24,768 nt of DNA from positions 1 through 24,768 of IMG/VR virus record IMGVR_UViG_2778261381_000006; one strand, written 5' to 3'. The notes under the pieces are model-generated. The model made no database searches, had not been told where the DNA came from, and was given only the letters and a program-made list of their open reading frames with translations. This DNA is from a virus. Taxonomy: Duplodnaviria; Heunggongvirae; Uroviricota; Caudoviricetes. Of this stretch, positions 9,336 through 17,239 are shown piece after piece. The stretch's first letter is position 1, and every line of letters begins with the position of its first letter. The translations under genes and the position numbers were made by a program.

Positions 9336-9430
9336 GCGCTTTTCCTTTGTTCTCTAATGAGCGTTCAAGTTCTTATATAAATATACCATTAACTATGGTA
9401 AGTAGTTACTTATCATTAAGGCTGTTTTAA

Positions 9431-11539
9431 TTACTTCAAAATGATACGAGATAGTTCAGTAACTACAGATGAACCAAGACTATCAACACTAGTTACCAGG
9501 GCATGATTTGCGTAAAATCTCTCCGGTGCATCAGTCATGATGCCAATTGCCATCAAATCAATGTCAGTCTGCGTTTCAATTTGCTTCGTAACCGAACGCA
9601 AATGGGCGTCAAAACCTCTCCCAACAGCCCACGGCGCGCCATCACTCAGAACAAGCATGATCTTCCTGTCCTCCAAGCGACCGGAAAATAACGATGCAAG
9701 GCTGGCTATGCTTTCACCATCCACGTTATTAAGAAGTGGGAATGTGTAGCCTACGCACCCCATACGTGAGCGAACTTCGCGAGAATTTGCTTTTTCATTC
9801 CAATTTTTGATGATAGGTAGCATTAAAGATTCAAAGCGAGAGAACTCATATTTGATAGCCTTAAGTTCTCCTGCTGCCATATGACTGCCAAATGTAGTGA
9901 AGCCGGTGATAATGTTGGGAACATTTATTCGATCAAGTGCATCGGCGATGGTATATGCACTTGCAAGAGCTAGTTTTATCGTTTCGCCACTCATTGAACC
10001 CGATAAATCAATCACTTGTTGAACACAGGCGTTAACGGCTTTAGATTCTTCTTTTTTACGAAACACGCGATCATCATTCATTGTTAATCTGTAGATACTT
10101 GAACCATGAATGCGCCCCCGACGCTGGCCAGGTATAAACTGAACTCTGTTTCTGCTTGCTATTGCACGTTCCAGGTCTTTTGCCAGCGTCGACGAAACAC
10201 CTGACGAAAGGTGCTTTTCAATATATTTGTCGAAGAGCTGGTTGCCTTCAGGAACGATGCGATAACGGCTGATTGGATATCCACCTAAATCAATATCGGA
10301 GAATGTTTTAATAAGCCGTTTGATATGGGCTTCTGCCTGATCAATCGAGCCGATGAAGTCGTATGAGCGATTGTATGGCCTGTATTCGCTTTTCGAGCTT
10401 TCTGTTAACTCGCTTTTAATCGTTTCGGATAGCGCATCTTCTGTCATGCCTCCGACTTCATCTTCCATGCTATCCAACTCCTCTAAAGCCTCTTCCAGAC
10501 TCATTTTTGACGGAGTTGGAATGTCTGAAGAGCCGTCTTCTGTCGATTTTCTTTTTTCGTGGTCAGTGGTAAATGATTCTGACGCCGCGTTATCAGAAGC
10601 ACCAGAATCTGATACCTCTTTATCATTTTCTGTATCATCGAATATTGTTTCTGATGATTCAGAATTATCTGAATCATCACTGTCGTTATTATCATGTTTG
10701 TACTTACTGTGTGATTCTGATTTGATAGATTTGTGATTATCTAACGCTGAGGGTGTCTCATGATCTTCGTTGTCTTCATTGTTTTCTCCAGAGGCATCCG
10801 TCTGGTCAGCGTCTGAAGGATCGGAAGTTTTTCCCGGAGCTGACTCCTTACCTTTGCTTTCACTTTCAGTGTCTTTGAGGATCTTAGCTATGGTCGCAGC
10901 CACCTTTACACAATCCTCGGTGCAAGACATGTTACGCACGGCCACATCGATACCATGTTCTTTTAATAATGAAATTGGTTTCTCAATGACAGGCCAATAT
11001 TCATCCATGAAATCTACGAACGGTGCTTGGCCATCCCAGGCTCTTACAACCGGACAGAGAAAGAAGTTTAGAAAAAGCGCGCGCTGATCTTTGCCACAAT
11101 AAGCAATAGCCTCTGAAGCCTTTGTTTTAAAGACTTTTTCGATTATAAGGCGCTGAGTTGCCATCAGATTACGTCTTGTTCCGTTAAAGACCTGACCCAT
11201 TTTTCGCTCGATGAACACGTCTTCTAAGGCATTCCATAGCGACCAGGAAGGAACGCGTCCTTTTTCTCTCATTTTGTTGGACACACGAATATCGGTAAAC
11301 AAAATGTGAGCAACCTCATGATCGAGAAATCCGCGCACAGCATTCATCAATGCCGGTGTTGCGTTATCCGGGATTGATGGGATGTTTACGAGAATTGGCT
11401 CTCCATCATCGTTATAGCGTACATAAGCGTCGTCCCCTCGTTCTGCAACAGGGATGTTTTTACCTGAAAGGAGAGCGACTACTCGTTTTACACTGTCACG
11501 GAAGTCCTGAACCTCTTTGATGGAACGTTTTTTAGACAT
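9431..11539 (-). CDS. vWA-domain protein (CobT-like) with N-terminal HExxH motif and acidic central linker
   Basis: C-terminal MIDAS-type motif VIDLSGSMSGET. About 150 residues of D/E/S-rich low-complexity linker. N-terminal FLDHEVAHILF (HExxH). AAGGA RBS before the ATG. Confidence 0.8.
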   Translation of the reverse strand: MSKKRSIKEVQDFRDSVKRVVALLSGKNIPVAERGDDAYVRYNDDGEPILVNIPSIPDNATPALMNAVRGFLDHEVAHILFTDIRVSNKMREKGRVPSWSLWNALEDVFIERKMGQVFNGTRRNLMATQRLIIEKVFKTKASEAIAYCGKDQRALFLNFFLCPVVRAWDGQAPFVDFMDEYWPVIEKPISLLKEHGIDVAVRNMSCTEDCVKVAATIAKILKDTESESKGKESAPGKTSDPSDADQTDASGENNEDNEDHETPSALDNHKSIKSESHSKYKHDNNDSDDSDNSESSETIFDDTENDKEVSDSGASDNAASESFTTDHEKRKSTEDGSSDIPTPSKMSLEEALEELDSMEDEVGGMTEDALSETIKSELTESSKSEYRPYNRSYDFIGSIDQAEAHIKRLIKTFSDIDLGGYPISRYRIVPEGNQLFDKYIEKHLSSGVSSTLAKDLERAIASRNRVQFIPGQRRGRIHGSSIYRLTMNDDRVFRKKEESKAVNACVQQVIDLSGSMSGETIKLALASAYTIADALDRINVPNIITGFTTFGSHMAAGELKAIKYEFSRFESLMLPIIKNWNEKANSREVRSRMGCVGYTFPLLNNVDGESIASLASLFSGRLEDRKIMLVLSDGAPWAVGRGFDAHLRSVTKQIETQTDIDLMAIGIMTDAPERFYANHALVTSVDSLGSSVVTELSRIILK

Positions 11540-11637
11540 GGCTAATCCTTTGTTATGAAAACAAATTATTTACTAGTGTGTTTAATGTAGCACTGCGCGA
11601 ACAGGGAACTAAGCCATTCGCGCAGGGAGAAGAGGGG

Positions 11638-11850
11638 TTAACAGATTCTGACGGCTAAAGACCCGGAGCCGGTATTGAGAAGCGTGAAGCGTTTGTTGTT
11701 AAGTTCGAATATAAAGCCAGTTGTGTCATTCACACCAACCTGAATCTGCTCATTCGGTAGATCGGTGAGGATGTCAGCTACACACTCATCAGCTAATTTC
11801 TGTACGTGTCCGATCTCAAGAGCGATTAGGCTGGAAATAGTGGTGTTCAT
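11638..11850 (-). CDS. Hypothetical small protein (70 aa)
   Basis: ORF only; weak RBS; no motif recognised. Confidence 0.3.
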   Translation of the reverse strand: MNTTISSLIALEIGHVQKLADECVADILTDLPNEQIQVGVNDTTGFIFELNNKRFTLLNTGSGSLAVRIC

Positions 11851-12101
11851 TCAATCAATCCATTCTAACTTATACTATGGTAAGGAATACTACTAAAATC
11901 TATATCAATACTGAATACATTCATATCATATGCAAGTTGATTTTCTTACCTGTTTTGGGCTAATTTTTCTCCGTGCAATGGCCTTTAACCGGTCTTTTAA
12001 GTGCCTATCGAAAAAAATGATAATAGCTTTACAACCCTAACCTTTGATGTAATATCGGTAAGCACTTACCAGAGAGAATTGAACGCGCAAAGGTTGTAAC
12101 C

Positions 12102-12488
12102 ATGTCTGATAACAAGATTGAATTTATAGAAAGTCGCTACGCTGCTTTTATCGCAGGGTTGATTGAATCCTCACCTATGAGCCAGGCCCAGATAGCCAAA
12201 ACAATTGGGTATAAAAACGCCAACAACCTTTCTTTAATTAAAAGCGGCAAAATTCCTTTGCCTATCGATAAGGTTCGTCCGCTGGCGCTGGCACTGGGCA
12301 TTGAGCCAAGTCGTCTTATGATGATGGTGCTGGAAGAACGCCAACCCGAACTCGCAGCATTTTTATACAAAGAAGGCACTGCTCCTCTTAACGAGGACGA
12401 AAAACAGGTTCTTGCTGCATATAACGAGCGATTCGGTAAAGAGAAAGGCGCATCACAAAAGGTTGTTGAGGCCATAAAGTCTCTATGA
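12102..12488 (+). CDS. HTH DNA-binding protein (XRE/Cro-like regulator)
   Basis: MSQAQIAKTIGYKNANNLSLIKSGKIPLPIDKVRPLALALGIEP is a helix-turn-helix pattern. A GGTAAGcaCTTACC palindrome lies 40 nt upstream. Convergent with the recombinase gene. Confidence 0.6.
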   Translation: MSDNKIEFIESRYAAFIAGLIESSPMSQAQIAKTIGYKNANNLSLIKSGKIPLPIDKVRPLALALGIEPSRLMMMVLEERQPELAAFLYKEGTAPLNEDEKQVLAAYNERFGKEKGASQKVVEAIKSL

Positions 12489-13586
12489 AAAATTTACACG
12501 AATAAGCTCTGTTGATAGACGATCTCCCTTAAATTTGTGGTCAATTTCGTCTAAATCCGGTTGCTCTACGATTGATGCGATGTACGTCGAGAAACTTTCT
12601 AAGGCGTCTCGCATCTCGTCCATATAATCGTGCCGGTCGTAGACCCGATCTATCCCCTCAAGACTGTGGTTCATGATTTTACGTGATACCTCCTGGCTTA
12701 TGCCTAATGCTGGGAAGTAACTACGCGCAGTACGGCGCAAATCTCGGGGTGTAAATGGCTCAAGCTCCATCAGTTCTGGTCGTTCCAGAATACGACGTAA
12801 TGCCTGGGCTATTGCCACTTTAGACATAGGAAGGTCTTTCCCGATTTTTTTATTCGAAGGCACGAGCCACTGGCTGTCTTTACCATATTCGAACAACTCT
12901 TCAATACAAGTGCGCATTAATGAGCTTAAAGGCAGAGAATGCTCACGGGCAGATTTGTTCCTCTTGCCTTGATTCCAAACCCCACGCTTAAGATTGAACT
13001 CACTTTTTTTAGCCCGCAGTACTTCGTCAGGTCGTCTTGCGGATACAAGACATAGCCTGGCCGCCCATTTTGTACCAGCGCACACATTGAAGTAGTCCCA
13101 TATATTCCAGAACACCCATACCTCTGCGTCGGTCAGCTTCCGCTCGCGAGGTGTGGGCTTTGCGCCACCGGCAACTTTGTTAAGTGACATATCGTTTAAC
13201 GGTGACACGTCTATCATCCCCTGGAAGGCGCACCAGCTAAGGAACTGCTTCATCAGAGAGAAAACGCGGCGGCCCATAACAATTTTGCCATCCAGTATTA
13301 GTGGGTTGACCAGTTGGTTCACCATGAACCTATTAATGTCACTTACTTTTACATCGGCAATGTGCGGCAAAACATGTATCAAAATACAATGAACAGCGAT
13401 CTCTGGCCGACGTCTGGTTATCAGCAGAGATAAGCGAGTGAATAACATGAATGCGTCCGAGAATCTCATGTCATTGCTGACCTGGGAGATCATAACGGCC
13501 TGCATTTGAGATGCTCTTTCGAGATACTCTATCGCCTCTTTTGAGGTGTTCTCCGCAGCGCGTGCTCTGTCAAAGCTATTTTTCAT
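12483..13586 (-). CDS. Tyrosine site-specific recombinase (integrase family)
   Basis: Catalytic blocks: ARLCLVSARRPDEVL (Arg I), PRDLRRTARSYF (box II region), NHSLEGIDRVYDRHDY with the nucleophile Tyr. GGTGA RBS before the ATG. Confidence 0.85.
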   Translation of the reverse strand: MKNSFDRARAAENTSKEAIEYLERASQMQAVMISQVSNDMRFSDAFMLFTRLSLLITRRRPEIAVHCILIHVLPHIADVKVSDINRFMVNQLVNPLILDGKIVMGRRVFSLMKQFLSWCAFQGMIDVSPLNDMSLNKVAGGAKPTPRERKLTDAEVWVFWNIWDYFNVCAGTKWAARLCLVSARRPDEVLRAKKSEFNLKRGVWNQGKRNKSAREHSLPLSSLMRTCIEELFEYGKDSQWLVPSNKKIGKDLPMSKVAIAQALRRILERPELMELEPFTPRDLRRTARSYFPALGISQEVSRKIMNHSLEGIDRVYDRHDYMDEMRDALESFSTYIASIVEQPDLDEIDHKFKGDRLSTELIRVNFS

Positions 13587-13613
13587 ATGACAATCACCGA
13601 GTTACGCCGATGC

Positions 13614-13660
13614 ACTGTATAAGTAAACAGTATATTAGGCATAGATTCTTATAGGATCAA
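13614..13660 (-). promoter_or_regulatory. Sigma70 promoter for the recombinase with an overlapping LexA-box-like site
   Basis: On the minus strand: TTGATC (-35, plus 13655-13660), 17-bp spacer, TAATAT (-10, plus 13632-13637). Then CTGTATAAGTAAACAG (plus 13615-13630), which fits CTGT-N8-ACAG, between the -10 and the start codon. Confidence 0.5.
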
Positions 13661-13684
13661 GAGTAAAAGTAACTCATTTTCAGC

Positions 13685-13717
13685 AATGATTCCATACATA
13701 GTAGGTATGGAATCATT
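13685..13717. repeat. Perfect 13-bp inverted repeat with 7-bp spacer (AATGATTCCATAC-ATAGTAG-GTATGGAATCATT)
   Basis: Exact reverse-complement arms at 13685-13697 and 13705-13717, about 25 bp upstream of the recombinase -35. The architecture matches tyrosine-recombinase core sites such as loxP and FRT. Confidence 0.7.
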
Positions 13718-13762
13718 TAGCCGTTGTTTTTTGAATTTTAAGGGAACCAAGCGTGAGTTTGG

Positions 13763-13792
13763 TGGGAACAAAAACGGCTCCTGTGAGCCGTT
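13763..13792 (-). terminator. Intrinsic terminator after the glutaredoxin gene
   Basis: Stem aacggctc / gagccgtt (loop ctgt) followed on the minus strand by TTTTTGTT. Confidence 0.55.
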
Positions 13793-13796
13793 AAAA

Positions 13797-14042
13797 TTAG
13801 AGAGTGGTGACGTATGCAGCCAGTTCTGTGTATCCGCCAATCGGTTGGCCATCGATCAGTACCTGGGGGATAGTCTCTACCGGTTTGCCAACAATTTCGC
13901 TAAGTTTTTCCTTATCGATACCGGCAGTGGTGATGTCGATGTACTCATAATCACCATAGCCGTGTCCCTTTAGTTGTTTCGCCAGCTCGACCGCACGTTT
14001 GCAATATGAGCAGTTATCTCGTCCGTAGATAACGATAGTCAT
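13797..14042 (-). CDS. Glutaredoxin (GrxA-like, CxxC thiol-disulfide oxidoreductase)
   Basis: Active site CSYC near the N-terminus; GKPVETIPQVLIDGQPIGGYTELAAYV closely matches E. coli glutaredoxin 1. Confidence 0.85.
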   Translation of the reverse strand: MTIVIYGRDNCSYCKRAVELAKQLKGHGYGDYEYIDITTAGIDKEKLSEIVGKPVETIPQVLIDGQPIGGYTELAAYVTTL

Positions 14043-14181
14043 GTTTACCTCATAATAATTATGTGTTACTTAACCAGAAAATAAATATTACTATAAAAGA
14101 TAGGTAAGTAAAAACCTATTTAATGTCTGCAATACATCGTAAACTTGCCTGTTAATCACAACTTAATTTAGTTAATATTTA

Positions 14182-15510
14182 ATGCAACTAACAATGGTAA
14201 GTACGAGAGCATACATGCCTGTTTTTATTTCTGTTGCAATTCTAATGTTTTCCATAATAATTTTGTTTTTAGGTTTACTACTTGAGCCATTTCAAGATTG
14301 GAAGGTTACAGACCAAATTGCTGTATTGAGTAGTTTTATAACGACAGCGGCTTTTTGTGCAACAGCGTGGAACGCCTATGAAGCAAGAAAAAGTGCAAAG
14401 GCAGCACTGGAGGCCGTTAGGATAACTACCGATTCATTGATTGAGATGAGAAAAAATTCTTTCAAAGAATGGTTTGACACTTTATTAAATCAGCATGATG
14501 AGTTGTACAATAATGTCATACCAATCATTGAACAGACAAAAAAACAATTTAATAAAAATGAAATGCATTCGTTTTTTTATCCATTGGTAAGAAAGCATGA
14601 GGTTATTCAGTACATAAAACATATTACCAATATATTAGTCTATGTAGATAACCGATTTTACATAGATGGAAATTGTTTTGATGAAAAAATGGAATATATT
14701 ATTCAATTGAGTGGAAAAATACCACCGCAAATGAAGTTGGTTATTGCAGTTTTTGGATTGGACATCGATTCTCGTGAACCGCAGGATTCAAAAAAACTGT
14801 ATGCTTTATTAAATAAATATGATTTTTTCAAAGATGAAATATTCTTTGATGATGCTTATTCAAGCATGCCTGAAGTAGAGCTATTTATAAAGGATAGATT
14901 TGATAAAATATTTAAAACCAAGATGTTAAAATACTTTTGGAACGTGATTAAGGAATATTATTCTCAAGTTGAAGTCAAAGAAATCTGGGTGGTTCGTCGT
15001 CCGCAAGTTGCTTCATCGGTATTAATGAACTACCAAACACCATTATCTGGTTTAATTGATGATTATTTTAAAAATTTGCCAAATGAGGTAAAGAGCATTT
15101 TTGATGAAGCACTAAAAAAAGCTAATGATAGTGTTACGTCTATTGATGACTATATTCATCGTTTGATCGGTTGCAGAGTCGCGTCGATTTCAGAGCATGT
15201 CCATTTCGAAAGTGAAATACTGAGTAGTGAAAAGGATGTGAAGGATATGATTAAAAATTACATAGAGCAAAGAAAAACTGGAAAAAATGCGGTAAATCTT
15301 GGGCAGTTATATTTCTCGAGTGAGTCAGATGTAATTACAGGTGATCAGTTGAGTGATGCGATCGATGAATATGAGAAAAAGTTGGCACTTATGGCAATAA
15401 ACGATAATGATGATAGTGATAACCTATTGTGCCATATCTATATTAAATCATGTGAGATAGTTGATGAATATAAGCGTGAAACATTAAAATTGGGCGAGTA
15501 CGCACAATAG
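14182..15510 (+). CDS. Membrane-anchored protein of unknown function (2 N-terminal TM helices plus ~380-aa soluble domain); candidate exclusion or abortive-infection factor
   Basis: Markedly AT-rich relative to flanks. Hydrophobic segments MPVFISVAILMFSIIILFLGLLL and IAVLSSFITTAAFCATAW. No catalytic motif recognised. True start may be ATG 14215 (weak GAGAG RBS). Confidence 0.65.
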   Translation: MQLTMVSTRAYMPVFISVAILMFSIIILFLGLLLEPFQDWKVTDQIAVLSSFITTAAFCATAWNAYEARKSAKAALEAVRITTDSLIEMRKNSFKEWFDTLLNQHDELYNNVIPIIEQTKKQFNKNEMHSFFYPLVRKHEVIQYIKHITNILVYVDNRFYIDGNCFDEKMEYIIQLSGKIPPQMKLVIAVFGLDIDSREPQDSKKLYALLNKYDFFKDEIFFDDAYSSMPEVELFIKDRFDKIFKTKMLKYFWNVIKEYYSQVEVKEIWVVRRPQVASSVLMNYQTPLSGLIDDYFKNLPNEVKSIFDEALKKANDSVTSIDDYIHRLIGCRVASISEHVHFESEILSSEKDVKDMIKNYIEQRKTGKNAVNLGQLYFSSESDVITGDQLSDAIDEYEKKLALMAINDNDDSDNLLCHIYIKSCEIVDEYKRETLKLGEYAQ

Positions 15511-15523
15511 GTTGTGCAGATTC

Positions 15524-15551
15524 GAAGCCTCTTTAAATTTTGCGCTGAAAA
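15524..15551. repeat. Direct repeat copy 1 (gaagcctctttaaattttgcgctgaaaa)
   Basis: About 28 bp matching 16445-16474 with 2 mismatches; the two copies flank the lipoprotein gene. Confidence 0.6.
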
Positions 15552-15588
15552 TTGTTATTTTACGGTAAGTAACGCTGTTTTCAGCGCA
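15541..15588. other. Large hairpin in the convergent gap (11-bp stem tgcgctgaaaa / ttttcagcgca, 26-nt loop containing a GGTAAGTA motif)
   Basis: Exact 11-bp inverted repeat; the loop contains ttacggtaagtaacg. Confidence 0.5.
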
Positions 15589-15761
15589 TAAATGTCAGTG
15601 AATAATTTGATGCTTGCTGTAACGATGGTACGCTACGTAAAATCCGATATTTATGAGACTGATTGCAGGTAAGGACTTACATAGCGCACAAAAATTGCTG
15701 ATACCAGATGCAATATATGTTTAATGTCAAATTTTAGATAGGGGCGTATACGCCCCTGTCA

Positions 15762-16316
15762 TTATTTTATTTTATCTTCTTCTAAACGAGAAAATTTAAA
15801 TTGTTTATCGGTGATGGTGAGTAGTGTTACACCTTCCTTTTCGTGTAAAAGACCGGCACCGTTTGACACCATAATCAATCTATCCTTCCCTCGAAAGATT
15901 TCATAATATTTACCAGCTCCACAAGTTTTAGTTTCAATACAGTCCATGCCAGATACTGCTTCTCTGTTAAAAACACGATCTTTTGTAGCAACGGGTTTTC
16001 CGTACTCCTTTGTCAGCATTTCACTTATCTGGATGAATGTATACTTACCAACATTACTGGTTAATGACATTTCGACTTTTCCGTCGATCAGGTTGCCATT
16101 CGTATGCGGTTCTTTTTCAGTCGGACTATTTTTATCTTGAAGAATAAACACTTCAACATTTTGTGTTAGCTTCTTGAATTGGGCTTTATAATTTTGTTCA
16201 AGTTCACTTTTATCTTTGCCTATTAACGTTAATTCATCTATTTCAGATTCGTTACACCCTGTTAGTGTTAACGCAATTATTAGAGATGCGAAAATATTGA
16301 GATGGCACTTCTTCAT
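15762..16316 (-). CDS. Lipoprotein of unknown function
   Basis: Signal peptide with lipobox LTLTG-C (MKKCHLNIFASLIIALTLTGC). GGAGA RBS. AT-rich. Confidence 0.7.
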   Translation of the reverse strand: MKKCHLNIFASLIIALTLTGCNESEIDELTLIGKDKSELEQNYKAQFKKLTQNVEVFILQDKNSPTEKEPHTNGNLIDGKVEMSLTSNVGKYTFIQISEMLTKEYGKPVATKDRVFNREAVSGMDCIETKTCGAGKYYEIFRGKDRLIMVSNGAGLLHEKEGVTLLTITDKQFKFSRLEEDKIK

Positions 16317-16430
16317 TAATTTGTCTCCATGTTTAACTGCTGCGATCTAATCAGGAACATGAAGGCAGTCTAACGCTGCCTCGGATCAAAGCGATAAAAC
16401 GATACGTGAATATAACTAAGTGTCAACAAA

Positions 16431-16474
16431 TCAAAAAAGGGGCCGAAGCCCCTTTGAATTTTGCGCTGAAAAAA
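16431..16474. terminator. Bidirectional intrinsic terminator plus direct repeat copy 2
   Basis: Stem aaaggggc / gccccttt (loop cgaa) at 16436-16455, flanked by an A-tract upstream and T-tract downstream. Sits downstream of the minus-strand tRNA cluster. Confidence 0.65.
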
Positions 16475-16609
16475 GTGTTGCTAGGATGTTAGCAAGCTAT
16501 GGTTAAGAACGTCTGCCGTAATTGTCTATCACAGCGTTGAGCGGTCTGGTTTATGTTAGCGGAGTCTTAATCTGGTTGATTAAAAGGCCAAACCGCTCAA
16601 CGCTGTGTC

Positions 16610-16696
16610 TGGCGGAGAGTAATGGAATCGAACCATCATCGTTTGCACAATGGGACGGTTTTCAAGACCGCTTGAGCACCATGCTCCCTACTCTCC
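16610..16696 (-). tRNA. tRNA-Ser (anticodon UGA), type II with long variable arm
   Basis: Manual fold: acceptor GGAGAGU/ACUCUCC, anticodon stem-loop GCGGU-CUUGAAA-ACCGU, T-arm GAUGG-UUCGAUU-CCAUU, encoded CCA. The D-arm is irregular. Confidence 0.7.
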
Positions 16697-16990
16697 AATT
16701 GTGTTGTGTGCTCCGTTTCGTGGAGCTAACGGCGGGTGATCAGACCGCACCAGGTTGGACGTATTTCAGCGTTATGCTGTTGCAAGAGAGCCAAATTGTG
16801 ATGGCCGGTGCTGATCTCCGGCATTGCCTACGTTAGCGGCCTTCAGGCAGTTCATCCGCTTGCTTCTACGTCGCACATCAGCCTGTGCATTCACCACAAT
16901 GTTGAGAACACTGGTTGTCACGCTGCAACGCAACATTATATTCATAAATTGGGATATGAACCCGTTACGCCAATGTTCTCAATATTATGT

Positions 16991-17066
16991 TGGTGCCGGT
17001 TAACGGACTTGAACCGCTGGCCATTTGCTTACAAAGCGACTGCTCTACCAACTGAGCTAAACCGGC
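16991..17066 (-). tRNA. tRNA-Thr (anticodon UGU), anticodon stem with two mismatches
   Basis: Acceptor GCCGGUU/AACCGGC, D-arm GCUC-AGUUGGUA-GAGC, T-arm AGCGG-UUCAAGU-CCGUU, encoded CCA. Anticodon loop UUUGUAA, but the stem GUCGC/GCAAA pairs at only 3 of 5 positions. Confidence 0.5.
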
Positions 17067-17070
17067 AATT

Positions 17071-17157
17071 TGGTGGGGAGTGATGGAGTCGAACCACCCG
17101 AGTCGCAATGACAGTAGATTTACAGTCTACACCGCTACCTCTACGGACTAACTCCCC
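17071..17157 (-). tRNA. tRNA-Tyr (anticodon GUA), type II
   Basis: Acceptor GGGGAGU/ACUCCCC, anticodon arm GUAGA-CUGUAAA-UCUAC, T-arm GGUGG-UUCGACU-CCAUC, long variable arm, encoded CCA. Confidence 0.7.
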
Positions 17158-17162
17158 TAAAT

Positions 17163-17237
17163 TGGCGATGGTGGGTGGATTCGAACCACCGACCAGTTGG
17201 TTAACAGCCAACTGCTCTACCGCTGAGCTACACCATC
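17163..17237 (-). tRNA. tRNA-Asn (anticodon GUU)
   Basis: Canonical cloverleaf: acceptor GAUGGUG/CACCAUC, D-arm GCUC-AGCGGUA-GAGC, anticodon arm GUUGG-CUGUUAA-CCAAC, T-arm GGUGG-UUCGAAU-CCACC, encoded CCA. Confidence 0.8.
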
Positions 17238-17239
17238 AA

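Noticed and set aside
8100-11539. The AAA+/vWA pair as a genuine cobaltochelatase (CobS/CobT)
   Set aside because: There are no cobalamin biosynthesis neighbours, and the vWA partner carries an HExxH motif and a long acidic linker. This fits the MoxR-vWA module class better; the CobS/CobT label is kept only as a family resemblance.
13686-13973. Plus-strand ORF 13686-13973 (95 aa)
   Set aside because: It starts inside the 13-7-13 palindrome and runs antisense across the glutaredoxin gene and its terminator; no RBS.
12483-17237. Classical integrase-next-to-tRNA genomic island junction
   Set aside because: The tRNAs are element-type (unlike the host isoacceptor sequence I recall), clustered and co-transcribed, and lie more than 3 kb from the recombinase with unrelated genes between. 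The palindrome beside the recombinase is a more plausible target site.
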